Positions 39,101 to 51,094 of a stretch of 64,000 nt of DNA are shown piece after piece. Both the position numbers and the translations under genes were made by a program. Under the pieces are notes generated by a model. That model worked only from the letters and a program-made list of their open reading frames with translations. It did no database searches and was not told the origin of the DNA. The DNA comes from Octopus vulgaris (lineage: Eukaryota), in contig OX597814.1 in the NCBI GenBank assembly GCA_951406725.2, forward strand, positions 45,508,001-45,572,000. The letters run 5' to 3'. Numbering within the stretch: the first letter of the stretch is position 1; each line of letters starts with the position of its first letter.

Positions 39101-42100
39101 GTGACACCGGCATCAGCCAAGATTTAACTTGGCTTGATGGGTCTTTTCAAGCACAGAAAATTGCCAAAGGTCTGGACATTATTATTTCTTGTAGCAACCG
39201 ACTATTAGAAACACAAAAGTTTTGTACACATTATTTTATATTTAATTTCATAATAAATTCCCTTGTCTTGTAGTCAATAGAACATTTGTATCCATCTTTC
39301 TTCTGCTATCTTTTATTCTCTCTCATTTTGCTTGCCTTGTCTTTATTCATCAGATGGAATCAGGACTATAAGAACTATCATATAATACTCTGAATAATGA
39401 GGAATTAAATACTTTTGTAGTTATTCTGTGAGTTTCTAACTCACAACTAACCAGTGAGAATATATATTATGATAAACAACTTATCACACAGTAACACAGT
39501 ATATGCAACCCTTGACCCACTTCACCTCTGAAAGTTTTTCAGGTTTTCTTTCCCAAAGAAACAATGTTGTTCATTCAGTGTTAGTGAGTTTTGACTTTTC
39601 TTTGGTTCTTCTGAGAACTGCAAGAAATAATTGTGCATTTAATAATCACTTTGTCATAAGAATGTAAACTGAGTGTTCAGTGAAATAGCTTTGTGTGTTC
39701 CTTATATGATGACCAAGAAGAGCTAAATTTATTGTAAGAAACTCACAAGAAATGACTTAGACTCAAAAACAAGGTTGTTTATTATCCTGTACATCCTAAC
39801 ACTACTCTCACAGTCTTCAGTGCTTTTTATTTTTGTTACTGAATATTTAGTGAGTACCAAAGACTAAGTACTTAACAAGGCAAGTTCATAAAGTGGTTTT
39901 GAGAGCAATTGTAACCAATTTACTTGTCATTTCTCTTTTCGTGTAGATCTTAGACATTGTGCTTGAACTAAAGAAATCTGTATTATGGCTTAATTTCAGA
40001 ATAACTTCAGTGTTTCCATCACTGATATTTTATTGATGATGATAATTTAGTGTCCCTTCATTGGTAAGCTACTTTATGCTTCTTTTGTATCCTCAGATCT
40101 ACGACACCAGTTTGAAAAGAGGAAGAAGCGGAAATTGACTGTTGAAGAGCGGAGCACTTATGCAACCAAAGTCACTGACCATATCAATAGTGTATTTTCT
40201 TTGAGGGACTTACATAAAAAGGAGAAGGTAATTGACCAAAAGGAGGAAGAACAGCAGTCCAAGAGGCTTAAAATTGAACACAGGAACCATAACACAACAA
40301 GCAATAACATGCCATTGCCTTCAGCTGCTTCAACATCAAAAAGTAATTTTTCCAATTTGCAACATAAAGCAACAAACTCAATTGAGACAAAAGAAACTCA
40401 AGAAGGCTTGGGTGATTTTCAGTTAGTGATGGATATGTCTGAAGATTTACCAAAGACCATTAATACTGAGAATCAGAACTTAAATACATCTGATAATAAT
40501 TTTGAACCTTTGCTTCAAAATGCCAACTTTTTAAATTCTAGTGAAATATCATCTGGTAAATTAGAAGCAATGACTATTAAAAAGGGTAAGTTCAAACTAA
40601 ACCACAGCATGTTCAAAGTAGTTGTATGTTTAAAAGTGAAGTTTCTAAAAAAAAGTGCTTAACAACTGATGAAAAGATGAGCTTATTTATTGTGAAATAT
40701 TAGGGAAACATATCTTGAAATATATATATTTTTTTGTGTGTGTGCTGGTGTCAAAAAAAATGCACTCAATACACTGTAAAGTGGTTGGCATTAGGAAGAT
40801 CATACCAGAGCAGACAGTAGAGCTCAATGCAGTCCTCTGGCTCTCCAGCTCCTGTCAGACTGTCCAACCCATGCCAGCATGAAAAGCAAGTTATGATGAT
40901 GATACTTTTTTTTATACCCACCTACTTCTAAACTAGAATCAAGTAATTTGAATTTTAGTTGTGTTCATTTCATGAATTTGAGAGGATCTTAAATATATTT
41001 AATTGTATTTCACTTTCCAGGCACCATGCAAAACACTTTTTAATCATTACTTCATCTTTAGAATTACATTAATTTTAACAAGCCCTAACCCATTACAGTC
41101 TAAGAGCCTTTCAGGGAGTTTTTATGTGGTTGCTCAACATTCTGAAATTAACATTCAAACTTCTTTCTTAAAGAAGAAAGGCTACTTTAGATAATACTTT
41201 GCCTGGTACTCAGAAAGACAGCATGGTCAAGTTGAAATGCCTTTGATCATGGGTTTGCTCATTCAGACTGTCCTGGGGTTTCAAAAAAAAGTTGCTTTTT
41301 TTTTTATTACCTAAGGGCATTTCACATCTTAGTAAATGAGAGCTGTCTCCGAGTAACCACATTTTATGTAGTTCTAGTGTTTGCTATATACTTTGTTAGA
41401 AATTTTCATTATCCTTTGGGCTATTGCAAAGATTAAAGGAAGATACTTTATATCATGCAAAAATGAGTATACCAGTTAGAGAATTTATGGTTTCTATTGT
41501 TATTGAATAGCTTTCTTACTATATAAAGATAGTCTTTGATTACTTTGGAAATAGTTATAGTCATTTGTTCCAAAGAAATATATGATTTCATCTGAATATG
41601 TAGAGGTTCTACAATGAAAATCATTGATTTATCGTGTTGAGATAACTTTTTCACTAAGTACAAGATGATGTATAATTCCAATGTTGGTAATTGATAAACC
41701 ATCAGATGTACAACATACATTCATCTAGTCTAGACTGGCACTCTACTACAGATGGTGAAATTGGAGTTTGGCATGGTCCTATGAGAATGCTCGTGAAATA
41801 TTGAAGTTATCAGAGATCATAAAAGGTTGGATCTTTGTGAATAAATCTGGTCACCTTAAACTAAGTAATTTTGATGACGTGAGTGCTGATGCCACATAAA
41901 AAGCATCCAGTCCACACTGTAAAGTGATTGGCATTTGCAAGAGCATCCAGCTGTAAAAACCATGCCAAAACTGACCTTGCTTGTGCACATAAAAAGCACT
42001 GTCCATTCTGCTGGGTGGGTGGTGTTAGGAAGGGTATCTAGCCATAAAAACAGACACAGAGGTCTGATGCAGGCTCCTGGCAAACTGTCCAACCCATGCC

Positions 42101-42592
42101 AGCATGGAAAGCAGATGTTAAACAATGATGATGATGACAAAGTATTAAGATCTGTTTCAGTCTAAAATAGCTACATTGTTAGAACAGCTCCAAATTTACT
42201 GTGCAAGGCACTTACTCTAAATTGGCATACATATGTGCATGTATTCAGAACAAAGATAATGTAAGCTTACAGAATTTTTACACTTCTTTTTTGAAAGTAT
42301 GTTATGCAGCAAAGTTTAATTTATTCTTAAATATTTTTTTTCTTTTATTTCAATAGATTCTTTTGCTCTGGGTAAAACCAGACATACCAAAACCTCTCCA
42401 AAAAATTCATTTTCATCTTCAAGGGACCACACTGCTACATCTAATACAGATATTGGAGTGGATCTTGAAGAAATGGACTCTGATTGTGTTAGTTGTCCAC
42501 TCTGTGGAGAATTATTCCCAGGAGATGTTATTGAAATGCATGCCAATGTGTGTGCTGATAGCCAGCTGTTTGAATTAAATTATTCTCCTTGA
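25818..42592 (+). CDS. XNDC1: XRCC1 N-terminal domain-containing protein (XNDC1-like), 529 aa. Exons 25818-25865, 28129-28267, 30249-30404, 33122-33270, 36334-36413, 37063-37279, 38808-38883, 40097-40585, 42357-42592
   Basis: 1590-nt spliced ORF, all introns GT-AG and phase-compatible. The N-terminus ([38 protein letters not shown]) matches the XRCC1_N/XNDC1N pattern from memory. No BRCT repeats; C-terminal C-x2-C-x11-H-x3-C finger. Confidence 0.8.
26932..27341 (+). mobile_element. SINE family A, full length
   Basis: ggcgcaggagtggctgtgtggtaag head, internal (TA)n, tail gactgaaacaagtaaaagagta. Confidence 0.88.
28129..28267 (+). CDS. XNDC1: XNDC1-like exon 2: [46 protein letters not shown]
   Basis: cag| acceptor, |gtgaga donor. 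Confidence 0.88.
28941..29391 (+). mobile_element. RTE 3' UTR element with ~4.5 near-perfect ~62-bp tandem units
   Basis: Unit ccagcctcgtctggcacctgtgtcggtggcacataaaaaacaccatccgagcgtggccgtctg; (GAT)n tail. Confidence 0.85.
29887..30123. repeat. ~100-bp-arm palindrome (MITE-like), 5-nt loop at 30016-30020
   Basis: 29919-30015 is an imperfect reverse complement of 30021-30116. Confidence 0.88.
30249..30404 (+). CDS. XNDC1: XNDC1-like exon 3: [51 protein letters not shown]
   Basis: tag| acceptor, |gtaagt donor. Confidence 0.88.
32071..32301 (-). mobile_element. SINE family B
   Basis: Family similarity; TSD ctcatctYtctaacattc. Confidence 0.85.
33122..33270 (+). CDS. XNDC1: XNDC1-like exon 4: [49 protein letters not shown]
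   Basis: tag| acceptor, |gtaaga donor. Confidence 0.88.
33481..33816 (-). mobile_element. RTE 3' UTR element
   Basis: Reverse-complement tail with (CAT)n and tandem units. Confidence 0.8.
33850..35910. repeat. Compound (TA)n/(TG)n/(TATG)n microsatellite block with islands of complex sequence
   Basis: Directly visible; source of the YIHT/VCMY-rich spurious ORFs. Confidence 0.95.
36057..36107 (+). ncRNA. Type I hammerhead ribozyme (Penelope pLTR-like context)
   Basis: AGCTTC-CTGAAGA-T-TTC(TCTT)GAA-T-GAAA-CAG(TACTAGTC)CTG-TA-GAAGCT: 6-bp stem I, complete core, 4-bp stem III, GUA cleavage triplet. TATAAAT at 36028 and AATAAA at 36118. Confidence 0.78.
36334..36413 (+). CDS. XNDC1: XNDC1-like exon 5: [26 protein letters not shown]
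   Basis: cag| acceptor, |gtaagt donor, phase fits. Confidence 0.8.
36540..36686 (+). mobile_element. Short RTE-tail element
   Basis: cactacactctcagagtggttggcattaggaagggcatccagc... Confidence 0.75.
37063..37279 (+). CDS. XNDC1: XNDC1-like exon 6: [19 protein letters not shown]...[11 protein letters not shown]...QRQNLT
   Basis: cag| acceptor, |gtatgt donor. Confidence 0.82.
37410..37605 (-). mobile_element. SINE family B (diverged)
   Basis: cattgaccc...gaatttgaactcagaac...aagcattttgcc. Confidence 0.65.
38808..38883 (+). CDS. XNDC1: XNDC1-like exon 7: [25 protein letters not shown]
   Basis: cag| acceptor, |gtaagt donor. Confidence 0.82.
38940..39180 (-). mobile_element. RTE-tail element
   Basis: Reverse-complement RTE tail. 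Confidence 0.7.
40097..40585 (+). CDS. XNDC1: XNDC1-like exon 8: (D)[21 protein letters not shown]...EAMTIKK
   Basis: cag| acceptor, |gtaagt donor; overlaps the 175-aa track ORF. Confidence 0.85.
42357..42592 (+). CDS. XNDC1: XNDC1-like last exon with UBZ4-type finger [20 protein letters not shown]
   Basis: tag| acceptor, TGA stop, AATAAA at 42721. Confidence 0.85.
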
Positions 42593-43257
42593 ATTGGGTA
42601 ATAACTGTTGTTTTGGGACTGTTATATTATGTAAACACTTCATTTTTAAAGTCAGTAACTCACAACTATTACTACTCAGTCAAACCAACAGATTTGAAAG
42701 CTAAAAGACACAGGTGAGAAAATAAAATTCACTTATGAAGCTAACAGATGAAGTTAATATTGGAGAGAATGAGATATAGTAAGACGGCTTTTATCAACAA
42801 ATTCCAAGATATCATCTGCATGATAAACTAAACTACATGGTTGCTCAGTCTGCTAGAAACAGGAGACAAATCTCCTTTGATTCACACCCAACCATATTAA
42901 AGATACATTGAACAATGTAATTTTTGATACTACACAAAAAGATGATGACGGATCATTACTGGAATGCTTTTGATCACAGGTGTACTTGACCAGGACTGAT
43001 CTGTTGTTAAACGATGACTAAGTTGGTGTAAACTCATACAGAATGAATTTTTGAAAAAAAAATTGTTTCTACAGCAACAAATACACATTTCTTTGTATTT
43101 GCTTTGCTAACACTTGTGTAACTTATAGTGAGGGGCAAGTTACATTTCACCAAGGACAATCAAAAAAGCAAAATTAATTTGTGCTTTTTTTAATGATGCT
43201 TTTTTTCTGTGACATTTTATGTTAGCTTATTAATGCTTCATTAATTATTAGATAAAG

Positions 43258-45811
43258 AAAATGAATGGGATAAAGAGAGCCTGCCGAACGTTGACCCAAC
43301 AGAGGGACCAGCTATCAGGGTTGATAGTTCCTTAGTAGCTAAGGCAATTAGAAGCATGAAGACAGGGAAAGCCCCAGGCCCATCAGGTATCACTGCAGAG
43401 ATGCTCAAAATATCTGGTAGTGTCGGCTATAGCCTAGTCACCTGTATAGTTAATCAGGTGATACATGAAGGAGTCATACCCAATGACTGGTGTAGCAGCA
43501 TAATAGTCAACTGCTACAAAGGTAAAGGTGATGCCCTAGATACAAATAGTTACAGAGGTATCAAGCTGTTGGATCAGGTGATGAAGGTTACAGAGAGGGT
43601 CATAAGCCAACTAATTAGAGAGAGAGTTAGTTTAGATGAGATGCAGTTTGGTTTCGTGCCAGGGAAAAGTACCAAGATGCTATATTCCTGGTAAGGCAGC
43701 TGCAGGAGAAATACCTAGCCAAAGATAAGGCCCTGTACCTGGCTTTTGTTGACATGGAGAAAGCCTTCGACAGGGTCCCCCGATCCTTCATATGGTGGTC
43801 AATGAGGAAACTAGGAATAGAAGAATGGTTAGTGAGAGCTGTGCAAGCCATGTACAGGGATGCTGCTAGTAAGGTGAGGGTTGGAAATGAGTACAGTGAA
43901 GAATTCCGGGTAGAGGTAGGGGTCCACCAAGGCTCAGTCCTCAGCCCCCTCCTATTTATCATAGTCCTCCAGGCAATAACGGAGGAATTCAAGACAGGAT
44001 GCCCCTGGGAGCTCCTCTATGCTGATGACCTTGCTCTAATTGCTGAGTCTATCAGAACTGGAGAAGTTTCAGGTGTGGAAGCATGGTTTAGAATCGAAGG
44101 GCCTTAGAGTCAACCTAGCTAAAACCAAAGTCCTAATAAGTAGGAAGGTAGACAAATCACAAACGCCTTCAGGTAGATGGCCCTGCTCGATCTGTAGAAA
44201 AGGTGTAGGTAGAAACTCTATAAGATGCACATAAGCTATGGACACATAAGAGGTGCAGCAATGTCATAGGAAGGCTAACTAGGAAGATGGTTTTTGTATG
44301 TGGCAGATGCTCGGGAGCATTAACCTCTGAAAATCTGCAGAAAACAACTTCCGTCACTTTCCAGGGGGAAAAACTAGAAGTAGTTGATAGCTTCCGTTAT
44401 CTTGGTGACCAAGTCAGTAGTGGGGGTGGGTGTGCTGAAAGTGTAACGGCTAGAGTAAGAATAGCCTGGGCAAAGTTTAGGGAGCTCTTACCTCTGTTGG
44501 TGACTAAAGGCCTCTCGCTCAGAGTAAAAGGCAGACTGTATGATGCATGTGTACGAACAGCCATGCTACATGGCAGTGAAACATGGGCCGTGACTGCTGA
44601 GGACATGCGTAAGCTCGCGAGAAATGAAGCTAGTATGCTCCGTTGGATGTGTAATGTCAGTGTTCATAGTCGACAGAGTGTAAGTACCTTGAGAGAAAAG
44701 TTGGACCTAAGAGGAATCAGATGTTGTGTGCAAGAGAGACGATTGCGCTGGTATGGTCATGTGGTGAGAATGGATGAAGATAGGTGTGTGAAAAAGTGCC
44801 ACACCCTGGCAGTTGAGGGGACCTGTGGAAGAGGTAGACCCAGGAAAACCTGGGTCGAGGTGGTGAAGCACGACCTTCGAACTCTAGGTCTCACCAAGGA
44901 AATGACCAGAGACCGAGAACAATCAAAATCAAATCATATATCAGAAAGCAGGGGTTAAGTGACCCATCCGTTCGTGTCCGCTGTCAGCCTCGTCTGGCAC
45001 CCGTGCCGGTGATACGTAAAAGCACCATTCGCTCATGGCCATTTGCCAGCTCTGCCTGGCCCCGTGTCGGTGGCACGTAAAAGCACCATCCGTTCGTGTT
45101 CGTTGCCAGCCTCGCCTGGCCCCGTGCCAGTGACACATAAAAAGCACTGTCCGTTCGTGGCCGTTTGCCATTTCTGTCTGGCCCCGTGTCGGTGGCACGT
45201 AAAAGCACCATCCGTTCGTGGCCGTTTGCCAGCTCTGTCTGGCCCCGTGTCGGTGGCACGTAAAAGCACCATCCGTCCGTGTCCGTTGCCAGCCTCGGCT
45301 GGCCCCCGTGCCGGTGACATGTAAAAGCACCGTCCGCTCGTGGCCGTTTGCCAGCTCTGTCTGGCAACCGTGTCGGTGGCACGTAAAAGCACCATCCGTT
45401 CGCGTCCGTTGCCAGCCTCGGCTGGCCCCCGTGCCGGTGACACGTAAAAGCACCGTCCGTTCGTGGCCGGTTGCCAGCTGTGTCTGGCCCCGTGTCGGTG
45501 GCACGTAAAAGCACCATCCGTTCGTGTCCGTTGCCAGCCTCGCCTGGCCCCGTGCCGGTGACACGTAAAAGCACCATCCGTTCGTGGCCGTTCGCCAGCT
45601 CTGTCTGGCACCTGTGCAGGTGGCACGTAAAAAACACCCACTACACTCGCGGAGTGGTTGGCGTTAGGAAGGGCATCCAGCCGTAGAAACACTGCCAGAT
45701 CTGACTGGGCCTGACGAAGCCTTCCAGCTTCACAGACCCCAGTTGACCCGTCGAACCCATGCTAGCATGGAAAGCGGACGCTAAACGATGATGATGATGA
45801 TGATGATGATG
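43258..45811 (+). mobile_element. 5'-truncated RTE-clade LINE, frameshifted RT + PHD-like finger + tandem-repeat 3' UTR + (GAT)n
   Basis: KAPGPSGI, YRGIKLL, QFGF.PG, DMEKAFDRV, GVHQGSVLSP, YADD, LRWYGHV motifs; frameshifts near 43670 and 44050 and a stop at 44232. Confidence 0.95.
44963..45637 (+). repeat. 11 x ~60-bp GC-rich tandem array (two alternating unit types) in the RTE 3' UTR
   Basis: Units delimited by gtaaaagcacc; order A B A B B A B A B A B. Confidence 0.9.
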
Positions 45812-47296
45812 ATTGGCATCTAGGTGCAGGTGTGGCTGTATGGTTAAGAAGTTTGTTTTACTGCATGGAACCTTGGAAGCTATAGCCCTGGACCAACCAA
45901 AGCCTTTTGAGTGGATTTGGGTGATAGAAACTGAAAGAAGCTTGTCTCATGTATGTGTGTGCTTTGACATCACATGATAGTTGTGAATGAATGTTATGGT
46001 CATACAAGCTGTGTCATTTACAATCTTACAATATTCTGTGAAAACATGTCTGATCATAGGGCAATATTATCTTATTTGGAAACAGGTGAGGGCTAGAGAC
46101 AGGAAGGGCATCTTGTTGTAGAAATTCTGCTTCAGTAAACTAAGCCATGCATGCATGGAAAACTGGATGTTAAAACAATGATGATGGCATCTACTTATTG
46201 TTAATAGTCTGGTTTATTGGTTAAAAGTGGTGAGTACAAAAGATTTTGTTTGTTTGCTGTTTATTACATACCTGCAGCTGGTATTTATGAGGAATGAGGT
46301 TAGAAATGGCAATTGATGGATACTTTTTCCTAACTTGTTAGAAAACTACTTTTCATCAAGCACATTCAAGCCTAAAAAGCAGACAATATGATAATGAATA
46401 TTTAGAAAACCGTGTCTGTCAGCAGAGGCATATATAAAAAGCATAGGGAGCTTTGTACAAGCTTAGAAGCTGACAACATTGAATGCCAAAATAAGGTAGG
46501 TGAATTTTAGGAATGGAGAAAAGCTACTAAGCAATGTATTTTGAAGTGTTTTATGGTGTTATATCAAACATTTCTGTCATCTCCCCCTTAACCTTCTTTC
46601 TGCAAAAATCAGATATATATCCACTCAAACTTTCATTATCCTTAATGGCAAGTTTATTGAGACAATGTAACTTGCAGAAAATAGCAATTCTATTTTTTGT
46701 AGATATTTAACATAATTACTGGAATAACTATGAAATTTAATTTTGCAGTGAAAGGGTTAAAAGGAAATACTTGGGAAACAACTTAACCCTCTAGCATTTT
46801 TCAACCTAATTAAATGCCCTTTCTTTGTATAACCCTTTATCTTTGTTATTCTCACTTTTTCTGAAAATCCCCATAGGATAGAAACTTTTTTTTCTTCATC
46901 CTTTAGTCAAGTGTTGTTTTTTGATCATAAGACATTTTTGTTGGAAAGGAAAACTAAAGCAATTGTTACATTCACCAGACAGAGGGGAAAACTGACTAGT
47001 TTTAAGTATAGTAGATTTGAAATGACTGAATATAGGCAAGACACTTGGGATGAACAGTCTTCTCCAAAAAATATCTTACAGTATTAATAATTGCCTGGTT
47101 ATGAGTTTTTTTAATGTTATACTATATTAAATGGCTTTGGTGATTGGTTGTTGCATTGACATTGTCCTTAATTTTTTCATGCTGGAAATGAAAAGAGACT
47201 TTACTGATATTGAAAAAGAAAAAAAAAAAAAAACAAGATTCAGATTATTTAAAAATATTTTACTTTTTATTAAAAATATAATACAATTTATAGTTT

Positions 47297-47341
47297 TCAA
47301 ACTTTTTGATTGAGACTCTTGACTTGGTTGGTGGAAGGTTT
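47297..47341 (-). CDS. Lys-rich gene terminal exon: KPSTNQVKSLNQKV*
   Basis: ttttcttttatatag| acceptor, phase 0; an alternative acceptor exists at 47181. Confidence 0.6.
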   Translation of the reverse strand, partial: KPSTNQVKSLNQKV

Positions 47342-50300
47342 CTATATAAAAGAAAAAAATTTAAATGTATTATATATATACAAGCACACACACACCAAGA
47401 GTTTATTTATGCACAATTGGTTTAAGTAATTATCTGGGTATCAGAAGTGATAGCCAGACTGGTTTTAACAAGTAATTCAAACAAATCAAGAATGATAGAA
47501 GAATGGCACGAGTGATAATATATCAAGGCTTGGACTTTACCAACCAACTTACCCAAGACAAGATGCATGAAGAAACTTTGTATGGTAGCATGGAAAACCT
47601 GGTATCACACATCAACAATCCTGTTGATGAACAGGTACTTATTTACGTTAGGATTATAACTGCAAAGTCATGAGTTCAGACTTTGCTACATCTATTGTTA
47701 TGCACTTTAGCCAAGAATATTATGCCTCAGTTTAACCAACTGATAATTAGATGCCACTCCCACTTTGTAACTAAGTAGTTAATATTAGGAGAATGTATTG
47801 TGCTGTAAAAACACTTGTATAGCAACAGGTAACTTTCTACATGACTGCTCAACCTGCTAGAAATAACAAGCCAAATTTTCCTCAAAGCACATCCTACAGA
47901 AAGGAGAAAGACACATTGGATAATGTAATCTGGGATACACTATCTGGAAAAGGAAAACTATGTAGTTTTGATTTGTAACTTTTATAGTTTGGAGGGAAGG
48001 CATTGCCTGTGACCCTTTACATGGCCTCCAAGACTGGTGGGAAGGCAGAAGCCATCCTCAAACCAGAGACCAGTCCTGAATGCTTGCAACAGAGTAGACT
48101 CCACTAAAAGTACTCCAGATTAATTCAACTGGCTACAAAATTCCTCAACAAATTTGTGGCCTTGTACCAAGGTATGAAATCATAATGGCTATCAGTGTAG
48201 AAAATTCTGCTTCTATATATTTCTTTACTACCCACAAGGGGCTAAACACAGAGGGGACAGACAAAGGGATTATAAGTCAATTACATCGACCCCAAAAGGA
48301 TGAAAGGCAAAGTCGACCTCAGCGGAATTTGAACTCGGAACGTAACAGCAGACGAAATACAGCTACACATTTCGCCCGGCATGCTAACATTTCTGCCAGC
48401 TCGCCGCCTTAAATTCTGCTTCTATAGCCTCCATGCAAGCATGGAAAAGTAGATGTTAAATGATGATAATGAATGACTTTATGATACATATAAATGTGGA
48501 AATATTCACTATTGTAAATATAATAAAAATATGAAACAGATGGGGGGAGGTGGGTCCCATCTAAAGAAATAAGGTCTGACATATGGTCTTTGCAGGCCTA
48601 TGGAAACTGATGAGACATGCATTTGATGTACATCTCCAAGGTGAAAATTTGATGGTTGCAGGGAGGAAAGGACTAGGATTAGTGGTTGGCAGAGTGTGGG
48701 GAAACAGTCACCACCATCATTTAATGTTAACATTCCATGCTGGTATGCATTAGATGGTAAGTGAATTAAGAGCTCATGAGTGGGGTGGCTCCAGACTAGT
48801 GGACTCCGAATAATAAAAGACACTATGGTAGTGGTAGAAAGAGGAGACAGCACATCGATGAGCCAATTCGTCAGATGGCTTGTTTTTGTTTTTTTTAAAT
48901 GCTATGTGCTATCTATGATGGATGTTTGTAGTGGTACATGCCCATCTCAACTGAGCTCTTTAGAAGGTAAGTTGTTGGGGGCTGAAATATTTACTGGCTC
49001 TGAAGAGGAAGGCTAATCATCATGCTGAGGATGTGCATTTACCAGTGGAGACCCTTGGCTTAACATGCGCCGCGTCCGGTGCGCTCTCGGCGGCCCTGGA
49101 AAATCCGGGGAGTGACTTTGAGGGTTTGAATTGCATTACTATTCAAGGGAAGTAAGAGGTGGGGGTGTTATATTTTCTTGATTTGTAGTAAATTTTTACA
49201 ATGAAAGAAACAATGAAATTTAAATTCATCATTATACAAAAATATATTTACAATATTACCATTGGGATGTATCAGTTTCAGTATAAATAAGTCTTAGTCA
49301 TCTAAAAAGATTTAATTGAATATACAATACTGCTTACCAAATGATCTGGTCTGTTGTCTTTCTTAAGATTTTTCTGTTTACTTCGCTTCTTTTTTTTCTT
49401 TTTTAATATAACAGCTGAAGCCTCTTGTTTTGTCTGTGTTTGTAAGCAATTTTGCTGAAAAGGTTAAATTTGGAGAGACATATAGTGATTCCTTTTCACA
49501 AGGCATAAAGCAATTTTTCTTCTGGCACCTGCTTTGTCGAATCTGAAAGAAGAATTCTGAAATGAAGAAAGCTGGGATATACCAGCTTCCCCTTGATACT
49601 AATTTACCCTTTTTCATTTTATTCTCTCATATATTGTAATATAATGAAGATGGAGACATCATTTCAATAGGAAATGAAATTTTTTTTATTGGCTTCAGTT
49701 ATTATGTTGTGGACGTGCTGAGGCACTGCCTTCAAAGGTTTTTCGGTCAATCATATCAATCCTAATACTTTGATATTTATTTTGTCCTTGGAGGAAGCTT
49801 AGAGGCAAAGGCAGAAGACATAAAGGGACATTACAGAGCTGAGTTAAAATGCTACATGGTATTTTCATTTTGTGCACTAATTTTTGCCATATCTTACTGA
49901 TATATATATATATATATATATCAGCCTCGTCTGGCACCTGTGTCGGTGGCACATAAAAAACACCATCCGAGCGTGGCTGTTCGCCAGCCTCATCTGGCAC
50001 CTGTGTCGGTGGCACATAAAAAACACCATCCGAGCGTGGCCGTTCGCCAGCCTCATCTGGCACCTGTGTTGGTGGCACATAAAATCACCCACTACACTCT
50101 CGGAGTGGTTGGCGTTAGGAAGGGCATCCAGCTGTAGAAACACTGCCAGATCTGACTGGCCTGGTGCAGCCTTCAGGCTTCCCAGACCCCAGTTGAACCA
50201 TCCAACCCATGCTAGCATGGAAAGCGGACGTTAAACGATGATGATGATGATATATATATATATATATATATATATACGCAGCAGGCTTCTGCATGGTTTC

Positions 50301-51058
50301 CTTCAACCAAATTTCATCCATAGGACTTTGGGTAATGCAAAACTATGACAGAAAACATTTGCTCAAAGTGCCATGCAGAGAAATTGAACTCCAAATTGTG
50401 GCTGCAAGGCAAACTGCTTGACTATACAGCCATTAGCACAATATTTCTAAATTACTTTCTAAAGGCATTGACACAAACCAACATTGTTTCTCTCAATATT
50501 CTTTCTTTTAAGCTCAAACTTAATTTTTGAAGAGGAACAGGTATAATTGCTTATATATATATATATTACAAATAAGAAAATGGAGAAACACATTAGTTGG
50601 TTTATCAGCTTTAGGATATTAGAATGTTGATTTATTTATTTATCAAAACAATATATATATATATATATATATATAGGCGCAAGAGTGGCTGTGTGGTAAG
50701 TAGCTTGCTAACCAACCACATGGTTCCGGGTTCCAGGCAAGTGTCTTCTACTATAGCCTCGGGCCGACCAATGCCTTGTGAGTGGATTTGGTAGACGGAA
50801 ACTGAAAGAAGCCTGTCGTATATATATACACACATACATATATATATATGTATGTGTGTGTTTGTGTCTGTGTTTGTCCCCCTAGCATTGCTTGACAACC
50901 GATGCTGGTGTGTTTACGTTCCCGTCACTTAGCGGTTCGGCAAAAAAGACCGATAGAATAAGTACTGGGCTTACAAAGAATAAGTCCCGGGGTCGATTTG
51001 CTCGACTAAAGGTGGTGCTCCAGCATGGCCGCAGTCAAATGACTGAAACGAGTAAGGA

Positions 51059-51094
<36 letters not shown>

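Noticed and set aside
25818-42592. Calling gene 2 XRCC1
   Set aside because: No BRCT-like segments appear in the spliced protein; only the N-terminal domain is shared, which fits XNDC1 better.
44963-45637. CRISPR-like appearance of the regular ~60-bp repeats (also 28941-29230) and their 200-aa ORFs
   Set aside because: The units are contiguous with no unique spacers, lie in a LINE 3' UTR in eukaryotic DNA, and no cas genes are present.
46588-46760. Third piggyBac-like MITE bounded by TTAA
   Set aside because: The terminal repeats match at only about 12 of 16 positions in AT-rich sequence.
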